A stretch of DNA of 64,000 nucleotides, from assembly GCA_013265495.1 (NCBI GenBank), contig MU058009.1:374001-438000 (forward strand), written 5' to 3'. Made by a program: the position numbers and the translations under genes. Origin of the DNA: Vicugna vicugna (Eukaryota). Under the pieces are notes generated by a model. The model worked only from the letters and a program-made list of their open reading frames with translations, searched no databases and was not told the DNA's origin. The stretch's first letter is position 1. Every line of letters starts with the position of its first letter. Of this stretch, positions 38,810 through 50,560 are shown piece by piece.

Positions 38810-38956
38810 GCTGTTCTTTACAATGGCACGTTCCCAGGCTCCTCTCCAGGCCACGCATCAGAATCTCCGGAGGTGGGACTTCAAGCCCTGGAGTTACTTT
38901 GAAACTCTCCCAGGGATCCCAACGAGAGCCAGGGCTGAGGAGCATTTTAAACACTG
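38810..38956 (+). mobile_element. MER5-like hAT-Charlie fragment
   Basis: 'ttcccaggctcctctccaggccacgcatcagaatctccggaggtggg...ctcccagggatccc...gccagggctgag'. Confidence 0.55.
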
Positions 38957-40347
38957 CCGCAGGTTGCCTGTAACCAGATCTCAAAGGGCCAGGGTCCTTG
39001 CTGCATCCAGGGCACATCCCTTGTGCCCATGGGTTTGGCATCATTAAGAATTTCCTGGGATAGCTCAGAGAAGTGGTCTAGACTGACAGAAAACTAATTA
39101 AATTGGGCTATTTAGAATCTGACCCAAGTGGGACCGAGAGCCTCCGTCTCTGTCTACGGGAAACGTGGCCCATCCCTGTGTCCTCATTTGAGCTCTCAGC
39201 ATTGCCTGAGCACCTGCTCCACCTTCTGGTCTGGGGAAAGCCAGGTTTCCCCGATAAAGCAGGGGGCTGCACTAGGATGCCCTGGGTCTGAGGCGCTCGG
39301 CACCTAGAGAAAGACAGTCTCACTAGGGTGTTAGTGTAAATGACACAAATGGCAGGTATGAAGATCTCCAGGCAGGGATTTCTCCCTTGATTAAGATTTA
39401 ATTGCAGTAGAAGATCAGAAACCTTATACCTCTTGTAAATGGGGAAAAAAAACATCTACCAAATACTAGGATTCTCAGATATCTCAAATATGCTTCTTTC
39501 TTGCCTTTTCGGTCTGCAAACGGCGTTTGTGGGACTGTGACCTTCAGGACTTCCTCGAGAATAATGAGTCCCAGGCACCTTTTCAGCTCCATTAGCGACC
39601 GAGATGCAACACTCAGTCCCCAGCATACAAACAGGCCACCGCGAGGGCCAGGCGTGAACTCCAGGCCTTCCAGCTGAACAGAACCATTCAACCCCTGGAC
39701 AATGAGGGAGCAAACAGGAAGCCAGGGATCATTCTACAGGGGCTGTGGCTGTCACCAGGGATAATGAGATGGCAGAGCAGAGTGGCCGGGTTCTGGGCCG
39801 TGGCTTCAGGAAGCTTCGGCTAATAGGATGTCTGCTGGCTGTTGGGGCCGGTGAGGGGCAGGGCTGCTTAGGAATGAGGACACTGAGGACCTCACATCTC
39901 TGGTGCACGCGTGCCCTCAGGCCTGACATCAGCAAAACTTCAGCCTCATCCAGCTTTCTGCTTTTTGGTAAAACTTTGATTAACTTGAGTGCTTGAAAAA
40001 AGATGTGGATTTATGGTTAACTGAGTTTATCCTGCATAACTGAGGATTCACTGGAAACTCCACCCCTTTTAAGTTTCAATTGTTTTTAGAAAGCCTTTCT
40101 TTTCACCTTTAAAAACTTTACTTCAGAATGATTTCTGGGGAACCCCTATGTCTGACGTAAGCACGTGTTACCTATACGTATCTCTAATTTTAAGATAATC
40201 TGGTAGTTTATGACTCCTAATTCTTTATCAACCTTGTCATCATAGAAATTATGGATTTTTGTCCTCAAAAATTTTATTTGAGACATAACATGTTGGTACT
40301 AAACTAGATAGGAAGGTGAAGATATGATTATCTTCTTTAAAGGAGTA

Positions 40348-40426
40348 CTTAGCAGTGTGTATCTGCTAATCCCATATTCCTAATTTATCCCTCCCCTACC
40401 TTTCCCTTTGGTAGCCGTAAGTTTGT
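40348..40426 (-). mobile_element. Short L1 3' UTR fragment
   Basis: 'gtgtatctgctaatcccatattcctaatttatccctcccctacctttccctttggtagccgtaagtttgt' is closely similar to 52490-52562. Confidence 0.8.
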
Positions 40427-40774
40427 AGAAAATCTTTTTTTAAATGTACTTGCTTTCTTTTCTATCCTCAGAGTTACAGCATAGTTAATTGATGGCTTCA
40501 CTGTCTTTGAGGACATCAGACAGATACATCGCTTCTCATGGATTCACTGACACAAACATTTCTTGAATTTCCACTGTAAGTCAGACACCAGGCAAGGGGC
40601 TGGAATATTGTTGCCATTGGTACAAGTGTGAATGTGGACGATGTGGCACCTGAGCACACAGCCCAAGACAAACCGCATGATCCATGGGGTTTTTTTGTGT
40701 GGTGTGTCCATCCCCAAATCTCTAAAATGTGCGAGTTAGATGAGAAAACAATTCTCCCCAAATACGAGCCATGT

Positions 40775-40965
40775 TAGCACCAGGATGCAGTGCAAAGAGC
40801 CCAAGGATCTGAGTCGGAGGCCCTGGGTGCTGCCGAACCTTGGCCAGGCCCTGTTTCTCATCTGTAAGATGAATCATGACACCCACCCAGCAACACGGGT
40901 CGGGGATAAGTGAGAAACACACACGTGCCTGGCATGGGGCCTGTCACAGGAGACATCCTTAGTTC
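40775..40965 (+). mobile_element. MIR SINE
   Basis: 'accttggccaggccctgtttctcatctgtaagatg...gtgcctggcatggggcctgtcacagg'. Confidence 0.65.
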
Positions 40966-41637
40966 ATTTGTTTGACATCAAAAGTTGAACCATTCTAAAA
41001 CCTAAGAGAAGCAAAAATAAAACAAGATTCCGCTCCACTGCTTCCGAACACCCCAAATCCCCAGTCAGTCGGTAGCAACTTGATTGATTGCTGCTCCATG
41101 GGCAGGCGATGCCACCAATCAGCTGTGTGGCTGTGATGGAGAAGAGACCCAGAAGCTAGGTTTCAGTGTCACAGTTACTACTGCCTTTCGCCTGCCGCTT
41201 GTGGTTAGTCCTCTGCTTGTGGTTCTCTTCCTTTCTCTGCCTTGGCCCTACCTCAAGTGGAGAAGTAAACCAGGGAGCAGTTAAAATATTCTACACATGG
41301 CATGCTCGTGGTTAAGGCAGGTGGGGGAAGAAACAAAGGAAGACCAGCCCAGGGAGACAGTGCTGGTACTAGACTCATCACTCACACGGCACGGGAAATG
41401 TTTTCTGTACATAAGGGAGCTGTATTTCCTGGGAGCTTCCTAAATGGGTATCACACAGTCACCTAATTGATTCCTTCATTCATCAATTCAGAAACACTGA
41501 ATACGTGAAAACGGAGTGCCAGCCCAGGCTGGATGCCAGGTGCTGGGGGGGTGGCAGAGGAGAGTCTGAGGGGCACCCCTGGCCTCCAAAATGCCTGGGC
41601 TGAGGAGCCCAGGCAAAGGGTTGGAAGGAGATGGCCA

Positions 41638-42025
41638 GGCTAAGTGAGGGAAACCAGAAAGAGAAAGAAAAATACCACATGAGATCACTTCTATGTGGAA
41701 TCTAAAAACACAACCCAAATGAACTTATTTACAAAGCAGAAACATACTCACTGACACAGCAAACAAACTGATGGTTACCAGTGAGGAAAGAAAGGCGGGT
41801 GGAGGGATAAACGGGGAGTTCAGGATTTTCAGATACTAACTACTATATATAAAATAGATAAACAACAAAGTCCTTCTGTACAGCACAGGGAACTATATTC
41901 AATACCTTGTAATAACGTATAATGAAAAAGAATATGAAAAGGAATATATATATATATATAAAACTGAATCACTGTACACCAGAAATCAACACATTGTAAA
42001 CCAACTATACTTCAATAAAAAGTAA
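41638..42025 (+). mobile_element. 5'-truncated cetartiodactyl-type L1 3' end
   Basis: 'ctaagtgagggaaaccagaaagagaaagaaaaataccacatg...aaaatagataaacaacaaagtccttctgtacagcacagggaactatattcaat...tatacttcaataaaaa'. Confidence 0.95.
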
Positions 42026-43343
42026 GTAAATCCTATTGTTAGTGGGATTTGTAATATATAAAAATTGCAAAATATTTGGCTCCTATGAAATTCTCCTGTA
42101 AATAATTAAGTCCTCAGGTTAAGATAAGCTGAAGCAGATGATATTTTAATTAAAGGAGGACTTCCATCCCAGGATGCTCAGGGCTAACTTTCCACATGCA
42201 CCCTTTGGGCAACCACCTGCTGTCAACTATGCTATCCCCCACCCCGGACACGACATGTTTTTTGCCTCTTTCCTAACCCACTTGTTTTATGTTCATTTTG
42301 TCTCAGCTATAAACTGGATACACTCAAGAGTAAGAGCTCCACAGGGACCTGGGATCCCACTGCCACACATACAACATCTATATCTGTTGCCAAGGCAATG
42401 GCTAATAACATCAAATCGGAACAGGGTCCTTTGCAGTAGGACATAGCTGAGTGGTGCCCTGAAGAGTTATTCCAACCGAAAAGAGCAAAGACAGTGGCGT
42501 GGGTTTGCATGTTGATGCTTGTGTGTGTGCGCACATGTTTGTGTCTGTGTTTGTAAGCGTGCATGTATGCACTTATGTTTCCTTCGGAGGATGCAGGTTG
42601 GTTTGTGCACATGCGTGTTTCAGACATTCTGGCTGTATGTTGATATGGGCACATGAAATACAATTTACATCCCAGTCAACAACCAGCAATGCTAGGAAAT
42701 AAACCTGCTGAAACCAAAAACCTGTGACCGGTGAGGTCTTAATCTGAGAAGGAAATTACAGTTTAGGAGCATGTGATTTCTCTACTTGCTGTCAAGAATC
42801 CCTGAGCTCTGTGCAGCGCAGGAGTCTGAAGATGACCTGTTCCTGGCAGAGGCAAGAGTGGAGAAGCCTATTATGGCACATAAGCCAATTTACTCTGTAC
42901 AAATAAGTGGCAATTTTCTTTCTTAAGTACATAAAGGTGGAAGGGAAATGCCTACGAACTGAAAAATGCTCTCCGATGGCACATCTCTCGTTTGTGGAAA
43001 GGTGCAGATGAAGTCTACTTGGAGGTTTCTGAGAAGATGGCAAGGAAGCGCATCTGACCCTTCTGGTGAACTTGCCCTTGAAAAATAGGTCTGAAACTGG
43101 TTTTTGGCTGGGGAGGAGGAGGAGCTGATGTGTGGGTAAGTATCTTTTGACAAAATACCTTTTTAGTGAGGGAGAAAGAAACTGTGAAACATACCCTCCT
43201 CCTTTGATCTGTAACTTTTTGTTTAAAAAAATATATGGACATTTCATCAGCTGAATGAAACTAAAAGTCACAGATCACATTCACAACAACATTTACTAAC
43301 AGAAACTGGACAGTCACTGTTACATAACCGCCTCTCCCCCAAG

Positions 43344-43500
43344 CAGGGCTTCCCAACCTGGGAGCACTCCGATCCCTAAGAGTGAAGGAACTGCTGAAAC
43401 CATCTGCAAATGTTGGGCACGTTTTTCTAGGGAGCAGATTCCAGGATTTAATTAGATTTTCAAAGGGATCACAGATATAAAAAAAGGTCAGGAATCACAT
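43344..43500 (+). mobile_element. Non-autonomous hAT-Charlie relic
   Basis: Termini 'cagggcttcccaacctg' and 'ttttcaaagggatcacagatataaaaaaaggtcaggaatcaca', followed by a hAT-type target 'ttctag'. Confidence 0.6.
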
Positions 43501-45029
43501 TCTAGTGACTGGCTGGACATTGCTTGGCTAGGGGTTGAGATGAGCGGACGGATGAGGTTGGGTGGGTGTTTTGCTGTGGGAGGGGTTATCAGGAGATAGA
43601 GATGAAAAAGGGCTGGCTTATCATTTAAGGAGAACAGTTCATAAGGTCTGCGGAGTTTTTGTGGATGGTCTCAACCTATAACGAAAGACTTCTATATGCA
43701 TGTGTATACGTATTTATACATTAATGTACTAAAACATCATTTTTTATTCAGATTAATTCCTTCATAGATGAACACATAAAACAGTGCAGTGATGACAAGT
43801 GTTCTAAATACCAGAAAAGACTTCTTTACAAATTTAGGTCTCATACTGAAGGTCTGCAGAAGGGCTGCCTCTCCTTAATAAACAGACCTGGTAAGGGAGG
43901 AGGGGAGGAGATGAACCTATTAGGAGCCATTTTTGATGGAAAGGCTTTAATTACTCAAAAGTTCTGCTCATCTTCCTCAAAGGTCCTCGTGCACTTTTTG
44001 GACAATTTGCTCCCCCAGACTGACCCCACCTCATCTGGTTTTGCTCTAAACTCTAGTGTTTCGTGTGGTAGGGTGTCCCATCAAAAGAAAGGAAATCTTG
44101 ATCTGATTGCAGTCCACTGTCTCTATGTTGCCACTCATTCATCTATGAATAAATTAAATAATATTTCCCCGCCCTGTCACCTTGTCAGCTGAAGAGCGTT
44201 GATTTTCAGGATGACTGCCAATCTCCACAGCACAAAGTGCATAACAGACTTTCAATATTTATTTATATGTGAGGGGAAGGAGGAACGAAGGGAGGAGGAG
44301 GTATCAGTACCCAGGGCTGTTCACAGTTTCCAGCTCGGCCTCTCCATCCAAGCCCCCTGCCCACCTCCACGGGACCAGAGGCTCAAACCCAACCCACTGG
44401 GCAGTGCTAGGGTGGGTGGCACTTGTGTCCTTGTGCCATCTGCTCCTTGGCTGTCCTCTTACTATGCCCACGTCCCAAGCTCCCTCCTTCAACGATTTCA
44501 ACACATTTTCAGAATTCACACAGAATCTGTCATGTGCCAGATGAAATGCCTGAACAGTCACCAGCCCAGCAGTTGTACACACATCCAGACCTTGAATCCC
44601 AATTTGAGTGCGGACTGCAAAGAGACAGAAAGAGAGGCTGGGGAATGTATAAGATGAAAACCTGGCCAAGATCTTCAGGGAAAATTATTGTCTTGATTCC
44701 TCAGCCTTCATGAGCCTCATGGAGATAATAAAAACATGAATAATATTCTCCCTCATGTACCCACAACAACAATCTGAGTGCTAATAGTGATGGTAATAAA
44801 AAAGAATAGATTGCCTTCAGATGTGGTCCCCTGCCTAGCATTGCCCCCAAGTAGCCCTGGGGCCCCGGGCTAGCAGCCCCTCACTCCCGCAGATCTCCAT
44901 CTGGAAACTGGGGGTGGGGGTTGTAGGAGAGTAAGTCATTTCTAGACCTAAGATTGTATTACTCTGGGACGAGAAGCTCAAATAGTTTGAGTAACCGTGA
45001 AAATCCTTTATTCAGCCAGAGATGGAGCT

Positions 45030-45177
45030 CAGTGTAGTGGCCATTGTTCATGGGCTTTGAAGTGTCACCCCCCACCCCCTCAAGCCAGACGGTGTACTTG
45101 CTGTGTGTAACTTCGGGCAAGTTGTATGACCTCTCCTATGCTTCTGGCTCTTCACCTGTAAGTTAGGGGTAATAATA
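45030..45177 (+). mobile_element. MIR SINE, 5' part, interrupted by Tigger1 derivative
   Basis: 'cttgctgtgtgtaacttcgggcaagttgtatgacctctcctatgc...ttcacctgtaagttaggggtaataata'; the MIR appears to resume after 45663 ('gcctcgttaggtgaggat'). Confidence 0.75.
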
Positions 45178-45663
45178 GAGGATGTCTCGCTTTAGTGTGT
45201 TTTGTTTTATTGTGCTCCGCAGATAATGCAATTTTTACAAATTGAAGGTGCGAGGCGACCCTGCGTCGAGCAAGTCTAATGGCGCCATTTTCCCCACAGC
45301 ATTTGCTCACTTTGTGTCTCTGTGTCACATCTGGGTAATTCTCACACTATTTCAAAACGTTTTCGTTATTAATAGATTTGTTGTGGTGCTCTGTGATCTG
45401 TGATCTTTAATGTTACTTCTACAACTAGCTGAAGGCTCAGATGATGGTTAGCATTTCTTAGCAATAAAATATTTTTTAATTAAGGTACGTACTTTGTATT
45501 TTTAGGCATAATGCTATTTATTGCATGCTCCATAGACTACAGTATAGTGTAACTTTGATACACACTGGGAAACCAAAAACATTTGTGTGACTTGCTTTAT
45601 TGCGATCTTTGCTTTATTGAGGTGGTCTGGAACCGAACCCACAATACCTCCAAGGTCAGCCAG
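45178..45663 (+). mobile_element. Internally deleted Tigger1 (TcMar) derivative, Tigger1a-type
   Basis: Left arm 'tttttacaaattgaaggtgcgaggcgaccctgcgtcgagcaagtct...' joined to right arm 'gaaggctcagatgatggttagcatt...gtggtctggaaccgaacccacaatacctccaagg'. TA at the left insertion site; no transposase ORF. Confidence 0.92.
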
Positions 45664-46196
45664 TTGCCTCGTTAGGTGAGGATCTGATATTAACCACGTT
45701 GCTTTCTGCAGAGGATGTGTCACTGAGACCCTGAGAGAGTGGTGGCCTGTCCAGTGCACAGGCATGTTTGCCAGTAGGGTGCGGTATGGCAGGGAGGAAG
45801 GGGACGGCTCAGAGCTCTGCCCTGCCAGAGTTTTAGTTCTTCTGACCACACAGGCCCCCACTGATGACACTGTACACTTCTCATTTAATGAAGGAACTCT
45901 CCACACTGAGATTTTGGAAGGTAGCTCAGAGAGTCATTAGATCACTAAGGTGAACTATGGCTGCATCTCCGTGCAGTGAGAAAGATGTCAGGAGAAGGGA
46001 CAGTTCTGGGAAATGAGATGGCCCAGCTCTGTCTCCCCCCTTCTCTGCAGGGACAGATGTTCCGACTGGCAGGCAGGCAGCCCTCAGACTCACCCTCAGC
46101 CTCTAGTGTTTGAGACCTCATTAGCGATGTGTTTCATAATTCATACATATATAACTATGGGAAATTTTAAAATGTGTTTCAATTAAAAACTTTAGT

Positions 46197-46349
46197 GGGG
46201 AGTGCACAGCTCAGCGGTAGAGTGCATGCTTAGCGAGCATGAGGTCCTGGGTTCAATCCCCAGCACCTCCATTAAAAATAAATATATAAACCAAATTAAC
46301 CCTTCTCCACAAACAAACAAACAAACAAACAAACAAAATTTTTAAAAAG
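46197..46349 (+). mobile_element. tRNA-derived SINE (camelid Vic-1-like)
   Basis: tRNA-like head 'ggggagtgcacagctcagcggtagagtgcatgcttagcgagcatgaggtcctgggttcaatccccagcacctcca' with Pol III A box and B box (GGTTCAATCC), then an A-rich/(CAAA)n tail. Confidence 0.85.
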
Positions 46350-46654
46350 TCACCTGGAACCCCTGTGTGACATGGACCCACGGCAACGGGACACACCAAC
46401 TTTGCCCCATGCGTCATCACAGGAAACCACCTGCAGGTGCCCGATGAAACTCTGCCCTTTCCCATCTTCAGACCTTTGTACCTGTCCCTTCTCCTGCCTA
46501 GAGTGTCTTTTCCCCTCACCCATCACCTGAGTTTTGCAAAATGGTCTTTTCAGCATCTCTAGAAGGCTTTCGAGCTTATTCCGCGCGTCTCCTCTGCAAC
46601 GCGGGTCGGGACTCCTTGAGGGCTCATTGTTCTTTCCTGGGACAGACTTGACCA

Positions 46655-46860
46655 CCAATTATTCAGCGGTAAGTGCCAGGCATGCGATTAGATGGTTCAC
46701 AGACGCGGTCTTAAATAATGCTCATCACGCTCTTAGGGGAAGGTGATGAGAGGAAATTCAAGTTAGGGAGTGTGGGTAACCTGCCCGAGGACACAGAACC
46801 TCGGAATGTCGGAGGCAGAATCGGGTCCAACTTCCTTCCAGAGTTTCACTTCACCGCCCA
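46655..46860 (-). mobile_element. MIR SINE
   Basis: 'gtgccaggcatgcg...gatgagaggaaattcaagttagggagtgtgggtaacctgcccgaggacacagaac...ggcagaatcggg'. Confidence 0.7.
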
Positions 46861-47115
46861 GCTTGGGGCTCGCTTGCCTGCTTCTTCGCTGGACCGCGGG
46901 GCACGGAGCGGATCCTCTTTATCTGTGCCCCTCTGTGCCCGGCATGGTGCCCGCCTCACAGTCAGCACTGGATGCACGTCCCAGCTGGTGTGGATCAGAA
47001 AGAAGGTGTGTGAAGAGGGTTCCTGGCAAACCGGAGGCGACCTCCACTCCACGCCCTCCCGGGAGCAGCCACTGCCCTGCGGGGAGGGAGAATTGCTTGC
47101 AGTTTGGACCACTGA

Positions 47116-47129
47116 GCGCCCCCTGGAGG
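47116..47129 (-). promoter_or_regulatory. CTCF core motif (reverse)
   Basis: Minus strand reads CCTCCAGGGGGCGC, one mismatch to CCASYAGRKGGCRS. Confidence 0.35.
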
Positions 47130-47469
47130 CTGGGAGGGAAAAAGGCTAGACCATCAGTGTAGCCGCAGGATGCTGCCGGGGAGTCTTTAGCCAAGGAGCG
47201 CACTTACTTAAACATTAACTGTCCTAAGTTCTTTTTCATGATCTGTTCTTGGCAAGCTGCGATCAGGGGCTGCTTCCAAGGGGTCACTCTCGAAACTGTC
47301 CTTGCCCAGGGCCGACGGGCCCCCCTCTCATGCTGAGGGGAGGCCTCTGCCAAGTTGTAACCGAGTTATTAAGGCCTTAAAATAAAGGCAGTTTTTCACC
47401 GGGTTTGTTTCTTTCCCAGTGACCTCCTGAGGCAGCCGACTCCCCAGGTTCACTGCAGCGCTGCCCGAG

Positions 47470-47900
47470 GAGGTATTTTATGTCCTGAGTGTCATACATC
47501 AATTTTAATTGTAATGACAGAAGCAGCGGCTGCAAAATGGAGCCAAGCGGGGGCTGACGCCCTTTCCTGCACTCTCTAACTAGCTCAAATTAAATGCTGA
47601 ATTGTATTTTGGGGCCTGAGTTTTGTCATGCAAACGAAGAAAAACAACTTGCTTTCCAATTTCCACATGCAAATAGAGAGTGAATTGTGGAGACAGAGAA
47701 TATATTTTGCCATCTCAGTGGTTCTAGAAAAGATAAGGGGCTCTTGCAAAAAGAAGTTCTGCAATTTGTCAGCTGGCAGCTTATTAAATACCCAAAACAA
47801 ATGTTTATAGAGCATTAGAAGGACTCTGTCAAGGTCAAGAGTTTCCAAAATAGACCAGTTCGGCTTTTTTTCATAACTGTTTGCAAAATCTCTTGTCCCT
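47470..47900. promoter_or_regulatory. Candidate developmental enhancer (Sox-Oct, octamer, homeobox, GATA, FOX motifs)
   Basis: Repeat-free AT-rich block. TTTTGTCATGCAAAC at 47621-47635; ATGCAAAT at 47667-47674; TAATTGTAATGACAG near 47506; AGATAAG near 47730; TGTTTAT near 47802. Confidence 0.4.
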
Positions 47901-48234
47901 TTCCCCCCCTCAAAACAAATGCAACTATTCTGTTTTCAGCTGCCTTAGGGAAAAAAAAAAAAACACCAACAGGCAAGGAGCCAGCTCTTGTGCACAGGCC
48001 TCTAATAAGAAACCTGAGGGCGGCAGGCACGGGTAATATTACAATAATAGTTTCACAACATGCGCCTTTGGCTTCTGCAGACCTTCATTAAGGGGCAGCG
48101 GGGAAGAAGAGGATCGCCCAGTCTGGCAAACAAGCCCTGACTCACATGCCCCAGGAGCAAATGAAAGCAGGCTGGAGGCTGAAGGAAACACACCCGCTCC
48201 TTTGCGCTCAAGACGGCCTTATGATCAGCTGGGA

Positions 48235-48600
48235 CCCTGATTCAACCCAATGACCGTTTATTCAGGTGCAGACCAAGTGCTGTGTGTGTTGGGTACGTAC
48301 TTTGTATTTTTAAGCATTATGTTATTGATTGCATGCTCCATAGACTACAGTATAGTGTAACTTTGATACACACTGGGAAACCAAAAACATTTGTGTGACT
48401 TGCTTTACTGCGATCTTCGCTTTATTGAGGTGACAGAGAAGACCACAAAGAAGGCACTGACCATGCTCCCAAAGGCTTGTTTCATACAGCAGGCAGGGCA
48501 GGTAGGGGAGACAGACACTTAAGTGACTGCAATGCCCGTGGAACAAGAGGAGTTCTAAATGCGATGTGGATGCAAAGGAAGGAGGAGGCAGGAGTGAAAA
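48235..48600 (-). mobile_element. L2 3' fragment interrupted by a templated Tigger1 copy
   Basis: 'ttcaacccaatgaccgtttattcaggtgc...gtgctgtgtgtgttgg' continues after 48432 as 'acagagaagaccac...ggggagacagacac'. Confidence 0.55.
48292..48432 (+). repeat. 141-bp direct duplicate of 45484-45624
   Basis: Ungapped by-eye alignment with 6 mismatches. Confidence 0.95.
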
Positions 48601-50434
48601 TGAAACTGCCCTGTCCTGTGTCTTTAGACTGATGCTCTGTTAGTAACCCCATTCAAGAGATTTGTTCGCTAGCTAATTGATTAACTCAATCCCTCAGTGC
48701 TGACTGGAGACGTTAGAGGGTTTACTTTACGAGGTCAAGGACAAAGTGCGTCGTGTCCTGCCCTGGACAAACTTCGCGATCATGCCTGCGTCTAGGGAAT
48801 AGCTGTGCTGCCCCCAAGACTAAGTAGCGGCTAAGGTGGAAGACGGACAAAATGTCCCCGAAGCTGCATCCATCTCCTAGCACATCCCTCCCTCTCTTCC
48901 CCACCCATCCTCAGAATCCTTTCTCACATTCTGTTAACTTGAGATGGTCTCAATCTTGGCAAAGAAGTTTCTCCCGAGGCCCTGGGGGCCCAGGTGTGAA
49001 AAAGTTCTCTTTCTGTGATGACACTTCAGTGGCCTCAGCTCGCCTCGTGGCTAGAAATAGATTTCTGTCATTCTTAATAATGGTCCCATTGGGTTTGGGA
49101 AGGGCAGCGTGTTCAGTGACTGATCATACAGGGCACGGAGTGAAGGATGATGGGAGGGGAGAGCTGTCAGCCCCTCGCTCACACTGGACTAAAGGCATGT
49201 AATTCACAACTTCTGTAAGCTTGGGAGGTTATCATTTAAAAGTTGTTGCTCTAGAGTGCCTTGACAGTCTAACAATACAAAATAAATCTTCTATTCACGC
49301 CTCTCCAGCAAGCAGGGATTCTAGGAATATGCAGCCACAGCGGAAAACAGTGATAAGTTCCTTGTTATGTTGTCGACAATTACAGCCGCTCCACACTGCC
49401 CTGATTACCATATATTAGCTTCCTGCAGACACGTGAGGGCTTCCCGGGGGGTCTTCTTTCTGGACAGCACTTTAAAAATATTTTGTGTAAGCCCTCAAGT
49501 CTCGTAGGGTTCTTCCAGAATCTGATTTCTACCCGTTTCCAAGCTGTACCATGTTTTCTCTTCTTGGTTTAAGTATCTTGCAAATATTCCATAAATGGCA
49601 GTATGGGACCATGAGGAAGAACAATCAGCCCAGAGGTCTTCTCAGCCCTGTACCAGGGCATCACTGGTGTTCTGGAGGCTGGTTGAAGCCAGAGGCATTA
49701 ATGTGGGGGGGGGTGCGGGATTGGCTCCCAAGAAAGGCTAAGGAATGGCTCATGAAACAGACATCTGTTTGGAGGAGTAGCTGAAAGAGATGAAGACCTC
49801 ATGGGCTACTGAGTCTGAAACACCAAATTAATCAGGAAGGCTGAGCAAGAGAGAGCAGTTTCCACCTTTTGTTGTGGTCCTGGCTGCAGCCCCGAGAGTG
49901 CGATGCTATTCTGGAGGTTGTCTGAAGCCCCGCAAGCCCTGAGCTCTTTCCCCAGCAGCTGCAGGTGTTTGCATGCGTGTAGGAGTGCGTGCGGGAAGGA
50001 GGGAGCGCGCTAATGAGCCATGCAGCCCGCTTGACAAACCCCATCTGCTCCATTCCATTGGCCACCCAGGCTCTCAGCCTGCTCAGCCTGCACCCCTGGG
50101 CACACTGCTGGTCCCCGCTGAGGGCCGAACAGGGGTGTTAAATCCCCAATTCTAAGCTCCTGCTGCGGCCAGGCTCTGAGAAGTCAGCAAGCAGCCGCAT
50201 GGCTGGTGCATCACCAGGGCCTGTTTGAGTTCGCAGTTGCCTCTCTCCTCTTGTTCTGAGAAAGCTGCTCTTCTCAGGGAGGTGCTCCTCAGCACTCCCC
50301 CCTCCTCCCTCCCATCATCCTCTTTCTCCAGGGAGAACGCTGACCCAGAAACCAAATGATTTTGTATGGAGCCGTGTGGTCCTTGTCTGAATTTTCCATG
50401 TGGTTGCCGTCCTATAAGTTCCAAAAGGGTAGCG

Positions 50435-50560
50435 GGGCTGTGTGTGGATTGTTTCTTGCTGTGTTCCTAGAACCTTGCAAAGGCCTGGAACATAGAGAAG
50501 TCTCCATAAATAGTGGTTGACTGGATGGATGGATGGATGGATAAATGAATGAGGAAATGA
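50435..50560 (+). mobile_element. L2 3' end with (GGAT)n/(GAAT)n tail
   Basis: 'ttgctgtgttcctagaaccttgcaaaggcctggaacatagagaagtctccataaatagtggttgactggatggatgg'. Confidence 0.75.

Noticed and set aside
38370..39044. 224-aa minus-strand ORF
   Set aside because: Overlaps a MER5-like relic; Pro/Ser/Gly/Arg-rich composition typical of spurious ORFs.
42792..43271. 159-aa minus-strand ORF and nearby splice-like signals (plus-strand GTAAGT near 43136, weak minus-strand acceptor near 43159)
   Set aside because: No recognisable protein similarity, stops in the plus-strand frames checked, and no partner exons; a non-coding exon cannot be excluded without RNA data.
46197..46272. Possible tRNA gene
   Set aside because: Followed by a SINE A-rich/(CAAA)n tail, with mismatched stems; interpreted as a SINE head.
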